Shown one piece after another: positions 28,507 through 38,652 of a DNA stretch of 64,000 nucleotides. Both the position numbers and the translations under genes were made by a program. The notes under the pieces were generated by a model that was given only the letters and a program-made list of their open reading frames with translations, ran no database searches and was not told the DNA's origin. Where the stretch lies: IMG/VR virus record IMGVR_UViG_3300025885_000003; one strand, 5' to 3'. The DNA is from an uncultured virus (IMG/VR IMGVR_UViG_3300025885_000003) (taxonomy: Duplodnaviria; Heunggongvirae; Uroviricota; Caudoviricetes). Numbering within the stretch: the first letter of the stretch is position 1; the number at the start of each line of letters is the position of its first letter.

Positions 28507-29000
28507 GGCTAGGCATGACAGCAACCAAACGCAAGCAAACAGAGCGGTGGTTGTACGGGTTGGGATATGGCAAGAAGGAGATTGACCGGACTGTTCAGGT
28601 GTACAACGCCGAACAATACGGGATGCCCCCTGAACCAGTCTTCCGTACACGAGCAGAAGTCAAGGAGTTCGTAGCCCTGGTGCAGAAATACCCATTCTGG
28701 AACCGGATGTGGAAGCGGTTCAAGATCAAAAAGTTCAAGCTCACCTTTCTCCCTAAGGGCCGGACGGTCGCCTGGGGTGGACCTCGTGGTATCGATCTTC
28801 CAGACAATCCGCACGGCCGCTCTCTTCATACGATCCTGCATGAGATGGCCCACGCTGCGACAGGTGGCGGACATAGACAATTGTTCTGTTTGGTCTTAGT
28901 CAACTTGACCCATGAGTTCGCAGGGCGAACGATTGCGGATCGTCTTCGTCAACGCTATTATCAAACCGGCGCGCTGCAGCGGCCGAGGAGGAAGAGATGA
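28503..29000 (+). CDS. SprT-like HExxH metalloprotein
   Basis: TILHEMAHA…GH…F. Confidence 0.7.
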   Translation: MRLGMTATKRKQTERWLYGLGYGKKEIDRTVQVYNAEQYGMPPEPVFRTRAEVKEFVALVQKYPFWNRMWKRFKIKKFKLTFLPKGRTVAWGGPRGIDLPDNPHGRSLHTILHEMAHAATGGGHRQLFCLVLVNLTHEFAGRTIADRLRQRYYQTGALQRPRRKR

Positions 29001-29316
29001 ACAAATACCAACGATCCGCGAGGAGTAACATCGTGTCGTTTACTTTTGGTCTTGTGGCTCTCATCAGTCTTCTTATCGCTCTCATGGTACGCAATGGTTG
29101 ACAATATTCAAGTGGCAATAAACGGGCACTTGCGCATTGAGTTAGAGCGCGAGGCCGTGATCACTGTTCCGTTGCATGTCGAAGTCCAGCTTACGGATTG
29201 GTGCGGTGAGCCAGACGCTAGAAGAGCATTAGAACTTGCTATCGCTCATGCTGCATATGACGGATCGAAGAAAGCCCTGATCTTGATCAAGCACTACGTC
29301 CCGAAGGAGGAACCGG

Positions 29317-29859
29317 ATGTCAGACCCGAATCGCAAAGCTGAGAAGGCTGCTCGTACGGAGGCTGACTGGGACGATCTGATCAGCGCACTTGAGCAATCG
29401 CGAGCAGAGAATCTCGGGCTTATCGCTCAACTACAGCAGGTTAATTTGAATCAGGATGCGGCTTGGATCGCTGGTATTATCGACGGCGAGGGGTCAATCT
29501 TTCCGGCTGGAACTGGTCGTAGTTACGTGAGTGTGCAACTTCGTATCTGTATGACTGATGAACGTGTGATTAACCGGCTACACCAAACACTTGGTGGAAC
29601 AGTGCATGAACGGACCCGGCAGATTCCGTGGAAGAAGCAATACGAAGTTGTCTGGTCGGGTGAGGATGTCCGAAAAGTGATCAAGTACGTAGGACAATAT
29701 TTGTTTTTGAAGCGTCCGCAGGCAGGATTGGCTCTCCGTATCTTAGACCTCCCTCGGGGGCACGTAGATAAGATGAAGTACGCACTTCAGTTGCGTGCGC
29801 TGAATAAGCGCGGTCGGGACACGGTCGAGAACGACGAGAAGCACAAGGGGGGAGTGTGA
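29317..29859 (+). CDS. LAGLIDADG endonuclease with a coiled-coil N-terminal extension
   Basis: AWIAGIIDGEG, ICMTD, LGG, YLFLKRPQA, LNKRG. Confidence 0.85.
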   Translation: MSDPNRKAEKAARTEADWDDLISALEQSRAENLGLIAQLQQVNLNQDAAWIAGIIDGEGSIFPAGTGRSYVSVQLRICMTDERVINRLHQTLGGTVHERTRQIPWKKQYEVVWSGEDVRKVIKYVGQYLFLKRPQAGLALRILDLPRGHVDKMKYALQLRALNKRGRDTVENDEKHKGGV

Positions 29860-30102
29860 ATCGATTCCGTTTTAGCATGACTATTTGGCTTAACCTAGGG
29901 CCGCTGGGATTGCGTCTTTCTAACTGGCCTTTTACCGTTGATTTCGTACGTAACCGGCCCCCGAAGTATTCCGTAGATGCATGGTGGTTGCGTGTGTGGT
30001 TCTTCGCTATCTCGTGGAGATGGTAACTGGTCTTACGTGTCATCCTCTTCCTCTTAGTCATGGGCTGCTGGTGGAGGATGGTTCACCGTCGAAAGAGGGG
30101 CT

Positions 30103-31365
30103 ATGAAGGAGTGGGTTCAAGAACTCGTACAAGGAGCAAGTAGCTTCGAAGTCCGTTCGACTGCTGATCTCTACGCAGCACCGCCCGTGGAGTTTCTGGT
30201 CGAAGGCATCATCCCGCTCTATTCGGCGGTTGGCCTGACGGGGTATCCGGGTACGGGCAAGACCTGGACGGCGCTGGAGATGATGCGGGCTGTGGCTACG
30301 GGAACGCCATTTCTGGGTAAGTATCCAGTCAAGCGTGCGCCGGTACTGTTTGTCGGTAATGACGCATCGTATCACGATTACGCGCAACAGTGGCGGCGGC
30401 TTACGAAGGACGAGTTCGATGGCTACGAGGAAGACCGGCTGAAGGGTCTACGTGATCTGAATCCATTCGATAGCCACGCGCACTTTCTGATTCAGTCGGA
30501 CTTCAATTTGGACGATGTGAATCAAGTCATTCGGCTGATCAAGACTTCGCAGGAAGTCATGGGTGATGTGCAGTATGAGATCACAGAAGATGACGACGGG
30601 AACCGTACGATTGTCGATGCAACACAGAGTCACTTCGGTCTGATCGTTCTGGACACCCTGTCGAAGATGACGAAGAGTTCAGAGAACAGCAATACAGAGC
30701 GGGATGCGTGCTTCGAGATGATCCGACTTCTCGCTGAGAGTACTGGCGCAACGGTGCTCGTCCTGCATCACAACACGCAGCCGTCAGAGTTCCGCACCGG
30801 AGAAGAGTGGCGAGGTGGGAGTGCGCAGATTGCTTCGCTCGACTGCCACTTCCACCTCACGGCGAAGAACAAGGGACTGATCGAGTTCAAGACGAAGAAG
30901 ATGCGCGGCATCACGCCTCCGACTTTCAACTTCTTGCTTGACGTACATCAGGAAGGTGCGGCTTCTCTAGACTATCACGACAATGTGCAACCGGATCAGG
31001 GGACAGAAATCCTGATTGCGGAGATGATCGAGGTACTGAAGAAACGAGATAATAAGCCGACGACGAAGAGCGACTTTGCTCAGGTGCTCCTCGCCGCTCA
31101 CTCGACGGAGTTTGACGACATCAAGAAGCTCAAGAAGTTCATCGACAATACGCTGTTCACATACACACGCCTACCGGATGCTAAGATCGTTCAGGCTGTG
31201 CGTGGAGCAGGTGGTAGACCAGCGCAGTATAAACTGGCATTTACGGAGGTAGACGGTGGACTCAGTAACAGCGTTGAACCTGATCAAAGCGGAGCTAGTG
31301 CGAGCGGAAGTGAAGCATCCCCACTGGCCGACAGACCGGCTCCGTCAGGTAGCGATCTTAGCTGA
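30103..31365 (+). CDS. RecA-family (AAA_25/RepA-like) helicase
   Basis: FLVEGIIP; GYPGTGKT; LIVLDTL; ENSN; VLHH; RGGS. Confidence 0.88.
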   Translation: MKEWVQELVQGASSFEVRSTADLYAAPPVEFLVEGIIPLYSAVGLTGYPGTGKTWTALEMMRAVATGTPFLGKYPVKRAPVLFVGNDASYHDYAQQWRRLTKDEFDGYEEDRLKGLRDLNPFDSHAHFLIQSDFNLDDVNQVIRLIKTSQEVMGDVQYEITEDDDGNRTIVDATQSHFGLIVLDTLSKMTKSSENSNTERDACFEMIRLLAESTGATVLVLHHNTQPSEFRTGEEWRGGSAQIASLDCHFHLTAKNKGLIEFKTKKMRGITPPTFNFLLDVHQEGAASLDYHDNVQPDQGTEILIAEMIEVLKKRDNKPTTKSDFAQVLLAAHSTEFDDIKKLKKFIDNTLFTYTRLPDAKIVQAVRGAGGRPAQYKLAFTEVDGGLSNSVEPDQSGASASGSEASPLADRPAPSGSDLS

Positions 31366-31606
31366 AGAGGCTGGTGAGGTTCTTCAGGCAGCATTGAACA
31401 TAATCGAAGCTGAGGAAGCAGTTGCGGACCCCTCGCGCCGGAACACAGCGTACGAGGTCACTCTCCAATATAACCGGCTCGAACGAATGGAAGAGAGTCT
31501 GATCAAGGAGGCTGCCCAGACTGGTGCGATGGCTCTCCGATTCCTACTCAACTATCATCCTCTTTACGCCAAGGTGCAAAGTGCCCAAGTTAAACCTGAA
31601 GCATAA
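31256..31606 (+). CDS. MazG-like nucleotide pyrophosphohydrolase
   Basis: AELVRA..KHP…ILAEEAGEV…KEAAQTGAMALRF. Confidence 0.7.
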   Translation: MDSVTALNLIKAELVRAEVKHPHWPTDRLRQVAILAEEAGEVLQAALNIIEAEEAVADPSRRNTAYEVTLQYNRLERMEESLIKEAAQTGAMALRFLLNYHPLYAKVQSAQVKPEA

Positions 31607-31714
31607 GTGGTCAGACCTGGAAGACCTTGATGACGAGGAGTTCGACCAGGACGAGATCGAGCGACTTAGACAAGAGAAGAAACGCAGGCCACCCAAGGAG
31701 AAGGAGCGGGAACA

Positions 31715-31903
31715 GTGAGCCCCATTTACACTTACGAGTGCCCCGAAGGACACCGCTTCGAAGACATCAAGTCTATCAAGGAGGGCGAGACAGCCGTATG
31801 CCCAACGTGCGAGCAGCAATCGAAGCGAGTGCCGCCGCCGAGTTTCAGTGGTCGGGTGCTGGGTGGCACACCGATTTTCCATCGGGGGCGTGACCATAAG
31901 TGA
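31715..31903 (+). CDS. FmdB-like zinc-ribbon protein
   Basis: PIYTYECPEGHRFE…CPTC. Confidence 0.8.
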   Translation: MSPIYTYECPEGHRFEDIKSIKEGETAVCPTCEQQSKRVPPPSFSGRVLGGTPIFHRGRDHK

Positions 31904-32268
31904 AAACGACAGAAAAACAGCGCGAAAAGGCCCGCCGTTGGTACCGAGAAAATAAGGAACGGGCCAAGGAAAATCAGCGCAAGCGTCTTCGAGCAAATCC
32001 GGATTTAGTCAAACAAAACAATCGGAAAGCGCACGAGAAATTATCCGCTTGGTTGCAGCCGTTAAAGGAGGTACCATGCCTGGACTGTGGACAACGATAC
32101 CATACGGCCTGTATGGAATTCCATCACGTAGAAGAGAAGAAGCTAACCATCGGCCAATTGAAGGGCGGACGGAGGCGGATAGAGGAAGAATTGAAGAAAT
32201 GCGTCGTGCTTTGTGCGAATTGCCACCGACTGCGCGAATGGGAGAAAAGGAATCGAGGTCCCAAATGA
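31900..32268 (+). CDS. HNH homing endonuclease
   Basis: PCLDCG…MEFHH…KCVVLCANCHR. Confidence 0.85.
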   Translation: MKTTEKQREKARRWYRENKERAKENQRKRLRANPDLVKQNNRKAHEKLSAWLQPLKEVPCLDCGQRYHTACMEFHHVEEKKLTIGQLKGGRRRIEEELKKCVVLCANCHRLREWEKRNRGPK

Positions 32269-32767
32269 GTTTCCCTACACACCTGTCTCCTTGGTTCGTC
32301 GTTATGAAGACGAGCGATGTGGACTCAATGGAGTACTGGACGACAGACGGCGAGGGGACGCTAGCGTGGACAGGTAATCCCCAGAGCGCAATGCTCTTTA
32401 TGCAGTTATCATCGGCAGCACGAGTTGCGGACTCGACGGAAGATGCACTTGTCGTCGCAGTCTATTCGAAGGAAGCATTGACGAAGTATAGACCGAGGGA
32501 GTTCAGTTCATGATGCGGCGGCAAGATGGTACATTGGGGAAGTTGATCGAAAATGAGCCGGGTAAGTTCGAGTTCGTGCCACTCACTGAGGGTGAGATTG
32601 CTGAGATCGAACCGGACGTAACCTATATTTTGATGTCCGCAGATAATCGAGTGATCGATACTGTGAAGTCTATCGGTGCGCGCGAGGCTGAGGTGTACTT
32701 TACACTGTTGTATCCTACTTGGAAGGTTGACAAAGCTGATGTCTACCTTCGTCTCCGGAGGGACTAA
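32265..32767 (+). CDS. Two small hypothetical ORFs (32265-32513, 32510-32767)
   Basis: ATGA coupling. Confidence 0.5.
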
Positions 32768-33369
32768 TGCCTGCAAATACCCCGTGGTGTCCGCGTTGTG
32801 GCGACTGGCGCGGTTACATGGAACGCATCTGTAAGGGTTGTATGAAGGTGGAAGAGCATCTTCTTACGCTGCCCGCGACGACGACTGATCCGAAGTCGAA
32901 GCAGACTGTCCCGGTGGCTGATGCCTCGCCGGATCAGCGTAAGGAAATCAATCGGGTCCGGATGGAACTGACTGGGCAGCGGTTCGCGTTCGTTAGCGAG
33001 AAGCGGACTGAGCGTGAGGCTTACACTCAGCAGCTTGAGGAACTGGTCGATCAGAACGTGGACATGCTGAAGTCCCTGGCGTATCAGTGGGGACAGATGC
33101 GGCCGAATGCGAAGTTGTTCAAGTTCTCGAACGTCTATGCACTGGAGATGACCCAGGCGATGGAGCTTGCTCTGTCTGAGCTTGGCGCTGTGTCGTTGGA
33201 GTTGTCGAAGTTCACGAACAATGCCCCGGTCCACGAGGAGCGCATGCAGCGTGTCATGTCGTGGATGGAGGTTCTGGGCAAGTTCCTGCGGCCGGATGCG
33301 ACTGCGCTTCCCTCGGTGCCTGAGGAAGAGGCAGATGCTGAGCAGGACGACGATGGGGAGGATGCATGA
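32767..33369 (+). CDS. Hypothetical protein (N-terminal CxxC…CxxC, helical)
   Basis: 200 aa; GGAGG SD. Confidence 0.6.
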   Translation: MPANTPWCPRCGDWRGYMERICKGCMKVEEHLLTLPATTTDPKSKQTVPVADASPDQRKEINRVRMELTGQRFAFVSEKRTEREAYTQQLEELVDQNVDMLKSLAYQWGQMRPNAKLFKFSNVYALEMTQAMELALSELGAVSLELSKFTNNAPVHEERMQRVMSWMEVLGKFLRPDATALPSVPEEEADAEQDDDGEDA

Positions 33370-33695
33370 GATTCCAGGTCTGCGGAAATCGTGTTCTGAT
33401 CAAGCGTCTCGAAGAGCCGGGATTGAAGTCATCCTCAATCATTATCGTACAAAACGACCGTGAGCCGGGGCACTACGCTCTGGTGGCTGGTGTTGGTCCT
33501 GGCAAGCGGATGCCGAATGGGGTTGTCATTCCTATCGGCGTGCGCGAGGGTGACCTTGTCATCCTGGCTAAGTACTCTGGTGCTCCGATCACGCTCAAGA
33601 ATGACGCCGGGGAGCGCGAGGAGTTCCAGCTTGTGGACGCTGACGACGTGCTAGCAGTCATGATCAAGCCGACAACAGTGCCGGTAGTAAAGTAA
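33366..33695 (+). CDS. groES: Co-chaperonin GroES
   Basis: NRVLIK…VAGVGPGK…VREGDLVILAKYSG…DDVLAV. Confidence 0.92.
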   Translation: MRFQVCGNRVLIKRLEEPGLKSSSIIIVQNDREPGHYALVAGVGPGKRMPNGVVIPIGVREGDLVILAKYSGAPITLKNDAGEREEFQLVDADDVLAVMIKPTTVPVVK

Positions 33696-34125
33696 TGCTC
33701 TCGGTTCTATTCGTCGGTGGTCCTTGGGATGGGAGAGAGATGCACTATCGGGAAGTTCCTCCGGTTCTTTTCGTCCCTGACTGTGCTAACGTTACTAGCC
33801 TTCATGTCCCCCATTACTACTTGGCCGAACCCGCACCGACCAGCCATCGGTTACATGTGTACCGACGTGCGGCTATTGCGTACAGAACAGACGCGGAGAA
33901 CGTAGTGCGTTTCTACTATCAAGGAGTTCAATGATGATCAAGTGGCTAAAGCAACCACATTGGGTGCGCTGGGATGGGAAGAACGGGCATGCCGGTGTCT
34001 ATTACGATCCTTTTTGGGCAGTCAATGCAAGTGTAACTGTGAATGGGAATGATCTCGGCGTCGCTTTCCAGTTGGTGTTCTTTGGTGGTTACATTAATTT
34101 CTGGCGTAATATCGATGCGGCCTAA
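33695..34125 (+). CDS. Two small hypothetical ORFs (33695-33934, 33931-34125)
   Basis: FVGGPWDG motif in the first; coupled starts. Confidence 0.5.
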
Positions 34126-34702
34126 GATTTCAATCCTGATTCCTACCTGTGGTCGTGAGACGCTTGATCGAGCGATCAACAGTGCTCTAGCCGCTATGGG
34201 CACGCACGACGAGTTGCTCGTCATCGGAGACGGTCCGTCTCAGATTGCTCGTCGTATCACGTCTACGTACTCGGACTACCGGCTTAGGTATCTGGAGACT
34301 CCACCGACGCACAAGTGGGGCTGCTTCCAGTACGACTTCGGCTCAATGGTAGCAACGGGCGAGTTCCTCATGTTCTTCACGGATGATGATGTTCTCGTCC
34401 CTCGGGCCGCCGACATTGTGCGTGAGGGCGTGCGAGGGAAGAAGTGGCCACACATCTTCGCAATGGACCATCGGCCTCAGAAGCGCATCTTGCGGAACAG
34501 CATTCGGCGTTGCGAAGTCGGGGCGCATCAAATCGTGGTGCCGAATGATCCAAAGATGCTGGCGCGGTGGACGGCTGATCTGTCGGAAACTAATGATCAT
34601 GCGTACTTGATGGCTACGCTTGACAAGTACAAGTGCCAACCAGAGTTTCATCCGGAAGTTATTGCGGTGATGCTTGTTCACAATATGGGGAAGCGGACAT
34701 GA
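34115..34702 (+). CDS. Glycosyltransferase family 2 (GT-A)
   Basis: ISILIPTCGR; ELLVIGDG; ATGEFLMFFTDDD. Confidence 0.85.
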   Translation: MRPKISILIPTCGRETLDRAINSALAAMGTHDELLVIGDGPSQIARRITSTYSDYRLRYLETPPTHKWGCFQYDFGSMVATGEFLMFFTDDDVLVPRAADIVREGVRGKKWPHIFAMDHRPQKRILRNSIRRCEVGAHQIVVPNDPKMLARWTADLSETNDHAYLMATLDKYKCQPEFHPEVIAVMLVHNMGKRT

Positions 34703-36513
34703 CAAAGTACGATGCGGTGGTGTTGGGCGGCGGGTTTTACGGTGTCAAAGTAGCCCTCGCCTTGCATAATCTGGGCCTGAGCGTCGCCATCGTAGAGCCA
34801 CATGAGCTTCTCTCCCAGGCGACGACAGTTAACCAAGCGAGGGTTCACAGTGGCTTGCACTATCCCCGATTCTTCCAGACCGCACTCTCGGCTGCGAAGC
34901 ACTATCGTCGGTTCATCATGGATCATGCGTCGGTGATCGTGCCGAACAGGCGGCATCTGTACGCCATCGCGAAAGACAGCAAAACGACGCCCGAGGAGTT
35001 CGAGTATGTGGCTGGAGAGATCGGTGCGCCGATTGAGCGTGTCTGTACGCCGAAGTTCTTCGCTCGCAACATGGTCGATCAAGTCTATGCGGTACAAGAA
35101 GTTAGTTTCGACATTAACAAGATCAGAGTCATGCTGCGAGAACAGTTGCGGATGGCAGGTATTCGTCACTACGGAGGTTGGGGTAAAATATACGACGTGA
35201 CGGACACTAATGTGATTGTGGATGTAGATATCGACGGAGATGTCGTATCTCTTGATGCTGATTACGTCTTTAACTGCACTTACGCACAGCTTGATCGAAT
35301 CGTGAATCTTCGGACACAACTGAAGAAGGAATGGACAGAAGTCGCAATCTGTTCGGCTCCGATTGTGCTCGAAGACACAGATGTGACGATCATGGACGGG
35401 CTGTACTGGTCTCTTATGCGTTACCCGCCTACGGGTGATCATGCATTGACGCATGTCAAGCATACGCCTCACTTTGAGTGGTTCGGTAATGGACCGGCAC
35501 CGTATCCCGCGATCATGCACGTAAGAAAGTCTAACTTCGAGAAGATGCAGGCAGATGCAGCCCGATTCATCCCCGACATGCAGTACGCTGAATACAAGCG
35601 GTCACTTTGGACAACGCGCGTTGTACTCGCACAGAATGAGGAAGATGATGGCCGTCCGATCCTTTGGGAGTACGCACAGGAATCTCCCCGAATCATTTCG
35701 CTGCTTGGGAGCAAGTTTAATTCTGTATATGACGCTATTGATGAGATTAATCGCGGAGAGTGGAATCGAGCTAGTGCAAAAACTGGGGTCATGCGCGTGG
35801 GCCGTCGTGCTCTTGTTGGAAACACCGGTTTTGTCGGTAGTAGTCTTGTTGCTCCTGGGCGTTTTACTGATTACTCAAACAGCACGACTCCTCTGGTACC
35901 GGGTCACTACGATCAGATCATCTGCACAGCGCTGAAGGGAACGAAGTGGTGGGCGAATCTCCACTTTGAACAGGATATGGAAATGCTAAACCGTCTCCGG
36001 TCGATGCTGGAGAAGGTTACGACTGACGAGTTCATCTTGATTAGCACAATCGATGCTCATCCAAGGACTGCTTACTCGAATTACGGATACAATAGAGAAT
36101 TGTTCGAGAGGTGGGTCAAGACCCAGTTCCCGAAGGTCCGCATCATTCGCCTTCCCGCGCTGTTCGGTAAGGGGCTGAAGAAGAACATCCTGTTCGATCT
36201 ACTCCAGTGGAAGAAGATGGGCGATCGTGTACCATCACTCAATCCGGACTCAACGTACCAGTGGTATCCCCTCGCGCGTCTGTGGGATGATATCCAGTTC
36301 TACCGGGACGAGGATCGGACTGAGGTTAACGTTGTCACACCTCCGATTTCCGTCCAGTGGCTCCTTGACGAACTGTTCCCGTGGGCATCATATCTGTCCG
36401 GACCCAAGGTAACGTACGATGTCCAGAACACGGAAGGATATGTAATGTTCGAAGAGGATGTGAAGGCCGCTCTCCGTGCCTTCGTGGAGGATGAATGTCG
36501 CTCTCAATCGTAA
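34699..36513 (+). CDS. Fusion of an FAD-dependent oxidoreductase and an NAD-dependent epimerase/SDR
   Basis: GGGFYG; NQARVHSGLHYPR; IMDG; then ALVGNTGFVG, KWWAN, LISTID, YGYNR, IRLPALFG. Confidence 0.85.
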   Translation: MTKYDAVVLGGGFYGVKVALALHNLGLSVAIVEPHELLSQATTVNQARVHSGLHYPRFFQTALSAAKHYRRFIMDHASVIVPNRRHLYAIAKDSKTTPEEFEYVAGEIGAPIERVCTPKFFARNMVDQVYAVQEVSFDINKIRVMLREQLRMAGIRHYGGWGKIYDVTDTNVIVDVDIDGDVVSLDADYVFNCTYAQLDRIVNLRTQLKKEWTEVAICSAPIVLEDTDVTIMDGLYWSLMRYPPTGDHALTHVKHTPHFEWFGNGPAPYPAIMHVRKSNFEKMQADAARFIPDMQYAEYKRSLWTTRVVLAQNEEDDGRPILWEYAQESPRIISLLGSKFNSVYDAIDEINRGEWNRASAKTGVMRVGRRALVGNTGFVGSSLVAPGRFTDYSNSTTPLVPGHYDQIICTALKGTKWWANLHFEQDMEMLNRLRSMLEKVTTDEFILISTIDAHPRTAYSNYGYNRELFERWVKTQFPKVRIIRLPALFGKGLKKNILFDLLQWKKMGDRVPSLNPDSTYQWYPLARLWDDIQFYRDEDRTEVNVVTPPISVQWLLDELFPWASYLSGPKVTYDVQNTEGYVMFEEDVKAALRAFVEDECRSQS

Positions 36514-37343
36514 TCCCCTCGTGTGGGCGTTCGACGCTGGAAAATACAGTAAACGGTCTGATGTCACAACTATTCCGCGAAGACGAAATCATTATTGTCG
36601 GTCCACGGTACCCCGAGATCGGACCACAATGGTCGACACAGAACGTCCGGTTCATCCAGTATGATAACGGCGGCTGTCATCCTGACAACAGTAGCAAGAC
36701 CGCTGCACCAGGAGCACTCCACGGTAAGCAGGGATCGAAGTGCGGCGGTGAGGAGAAGGACATCGGGTTCGCAGCCGCCGAGGGGACACATATTCTGACT
36801 ATCGATGACGATGATATTTTTACGTATTACGCACTTTCAGAGGCCCGGATAGCCATCAGTCGTCATCTCTCGCGCCTCCATATCTTTCGTATGCGATACG
36901 GTGAGGAAGACCAGTGGCGCAGTCATCTTGCTCGCGAGATTGATGAGCGCTGGGAGATGGGATTCGAAGACCTCGGTCTGGTTGAGGGTAACATCGGCGG
37001 TTCAATGTACCTGTATCCTCGGATCGAGAATGCGCCGAAGCACACGCGGGCGGTTCCTGGGGGTGAAGACTACCATACGTTCATGGCATATGTAGATCGA
37101 TTGGGCTCTCCTGTATGGCATGACTTTGCATGGAGTATTATCCGTCCTTCGAGAACTGATCTTATAACTCACGTTGGTGCACGATACGCTGTTCCGAAGT
37201 ACACACCTCAACCATTGTGGATGCTTCCTGATACGCCCGGTAATCGACTCCGTAAGGAACGTTGGCGGGTGTGGCGTGATCTCGGCGGTGCTGGGGAACC
37301 GCCAAGCGACTGGGACGGGAAGCCCAACTTTAGGCCCGCATGA
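36495..37343 (+). CDS. Glycosyltransferase family 2
   Basis: LSIVIPSCGRSTL; DEIIIV; AEGTHILTIDDDD; ED. Confidence 0.8.
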   Translation: MSLSIVIPSCGRSTLENTVNGLMSQLFREDEIIIVGPRYPEIGPQWSTQNVRFIQYDNGGCHPDNSSKTAAPGALHGKQGSKCGGEEKDIGFAAAEGTHILTIDDDDIFTYYALSEARIAISRHLSRLHIFRMRYGEEDQWRSHLAREIDERWEMGFEDLGLVEGNIGGSMYLYPRIENAPKHTRAVPGGEDYHTFMAYVDRLGSPVWHDFAWSIIRPSRTDLITHVGARYAVPKYTPQPLWMLPDTPGNRLRKERWRVWRDLGGAGEPPSDWDGKPNFRPA

Positions 37344-38374
37344 AAAGACCTTCTATCGGCGTTGTGATCGCTACACCAGGACGGCGCTCTCTCTACCGTA
37401 CACTACAAAGTATTGCATATCAAGGGCTCGAACCGGGCGATGACGTTCTCGTGGTGGGGGACGGCCATCATCAACCAACAGCCGACTTGGTGGAGGCTTT
37501 TGGCGAGCCCTTTCATTACGAGGCTACTCAGGTAACCCGGACCTGGGGCCACGATCAGTTGAACTACGGTGTCAAGAAGGTGAAGGGTGATCTCCTGATC
37601 TACCAGGATGATGACGATATCTTCGCCCCTCGCGCCTTCGATGAGATTCGCCGTATCGCAACGCGTTTCCCTGGTGTCCCGTTTCTGGGCCGCGTAAAGA
37701 CTCCGAATCTGGGACTGCTGTGGCAGAACGCTACACCGGATGCTCTGCTCGATGGTCACTGTCTCGTGGTCCCGAACGTCAAGGAGAAGTTAGGCTACTT
37801 CACGCGCGAATACGCGGGTGACCAAGCCTGGATCAAGACGAACCTGGATGCCTACGAGGAAGTCTATTGGGCTGATCGCGTTTGGACCTTGACACGACCC
37901 ATCTGGACGTTGTATCCTCACCTTGTTCGTCCGGCCATAATGTTGAAATACGGATTCAACTTGCTTCTTCTTTCGGAGAAGATCAGTACTCTTCTTCCGG
38001 CGGCTAAGGAACGAGAACTTAACGGGCCGAATGACTGGTGTTGGGCCTTCTTCGTCGCAGGCGAACCCATTGCGTTGGTCAAGATGTACCAAGACGAAGA
38101 GCGCATGATGGCGTCCCTCGCGTGTGTCGAGGGCCAGGAGAAGCACCTGGGTGAGATCATGGAGTTCATCGCCTGGGCATCTCAGGGTCTATCAGTCTGG
38201 CTGTACCTGCGACCAGATGACGAGGTCGCTATCTCAATCGCAAAGTCGAAGGGATTCGAATCGCATTTCGTTACTACCAAGACGGCGGAACTGATCCACG
38301 ATTGGCCGCCGAAGTTCTTTCTCGCACCAGAGGCACCGAAGCCTCTGATCGTTGACCCCTCCAAGGAGGGATAA
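37340..38374 (+). CDS. Glycosyltransferase family 2 with a degenerate GNAT-like C-terminal domain
   Basis: IATPGRRSL; VVGDG; YQDDDD; YAGD; C-terminal VWLYL..D..AI..AKSKGF. Confidence 0.75.
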   Translation: MKRPSIGVVIATPGRRSLYRTLQSIAYQGLEPGDDVLVVGDGHHQPTADLVEAFGEPFHYEATQVTRTWGHDQLNYGVKKVKGDLLIYQDDDDIFAPRAFDEIRRIATRFPGVPFLGRVKTPNLGLLWQNATPDALLDGHCLVVPNVKEKLGYFTREYAGDQAWIKTNLDAYEEVYWADRVWTLTRPIWTLYPHLVRPAIMLKYGFNLLLLSEKISTLLPAAKERELNGPNDWCWAFFVAGEPIALVKMYQDEERMMASLACVEGQEKHLGEIMEFIAWASQGLSVWLYLRPDDEVAISIAKSKGFESHFVTTKTAELIHDWPPKFFLAPEAPKPLIVDPSKEG

Positions 38375-38652
38375 TGGCTCTTCATTACTACCCCAACCAA
38401 CGCGCCTCGCTCGAAGCAGCCATCCAAGTGCTGGACCTGTTGCCGCACGACTCACGCTGGGCAGTCGAAGTAACCGAGGCAGACACATGGTCTGAGCCCT
38501 CGGTGCTGAACATCTTCGCCACGAGTACGGAACAGGCGATGGCAATCATCAAGAAGTTAAACCTTGACGAGATCGTTGAACAAGGTGACCACTTCACGAG
38601 TTACCGAATCGGACCACTCATGGTCTCGATCATTGAACCGGAGGAAAAGTAA
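38374..38652 (+). CDS. Hypothetical protein
   Basis: AAGGAGG SD; TAATG. Confidence 0.55.
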   Translation: MALHYYPNQRASLEAAIQVLDLLPHDSRWAVEVTEADTWSEPSVLNIFATSTEQAMAIIKKLNLDEIVEQGDHFTSYRIGPLMVSIIEPEEK

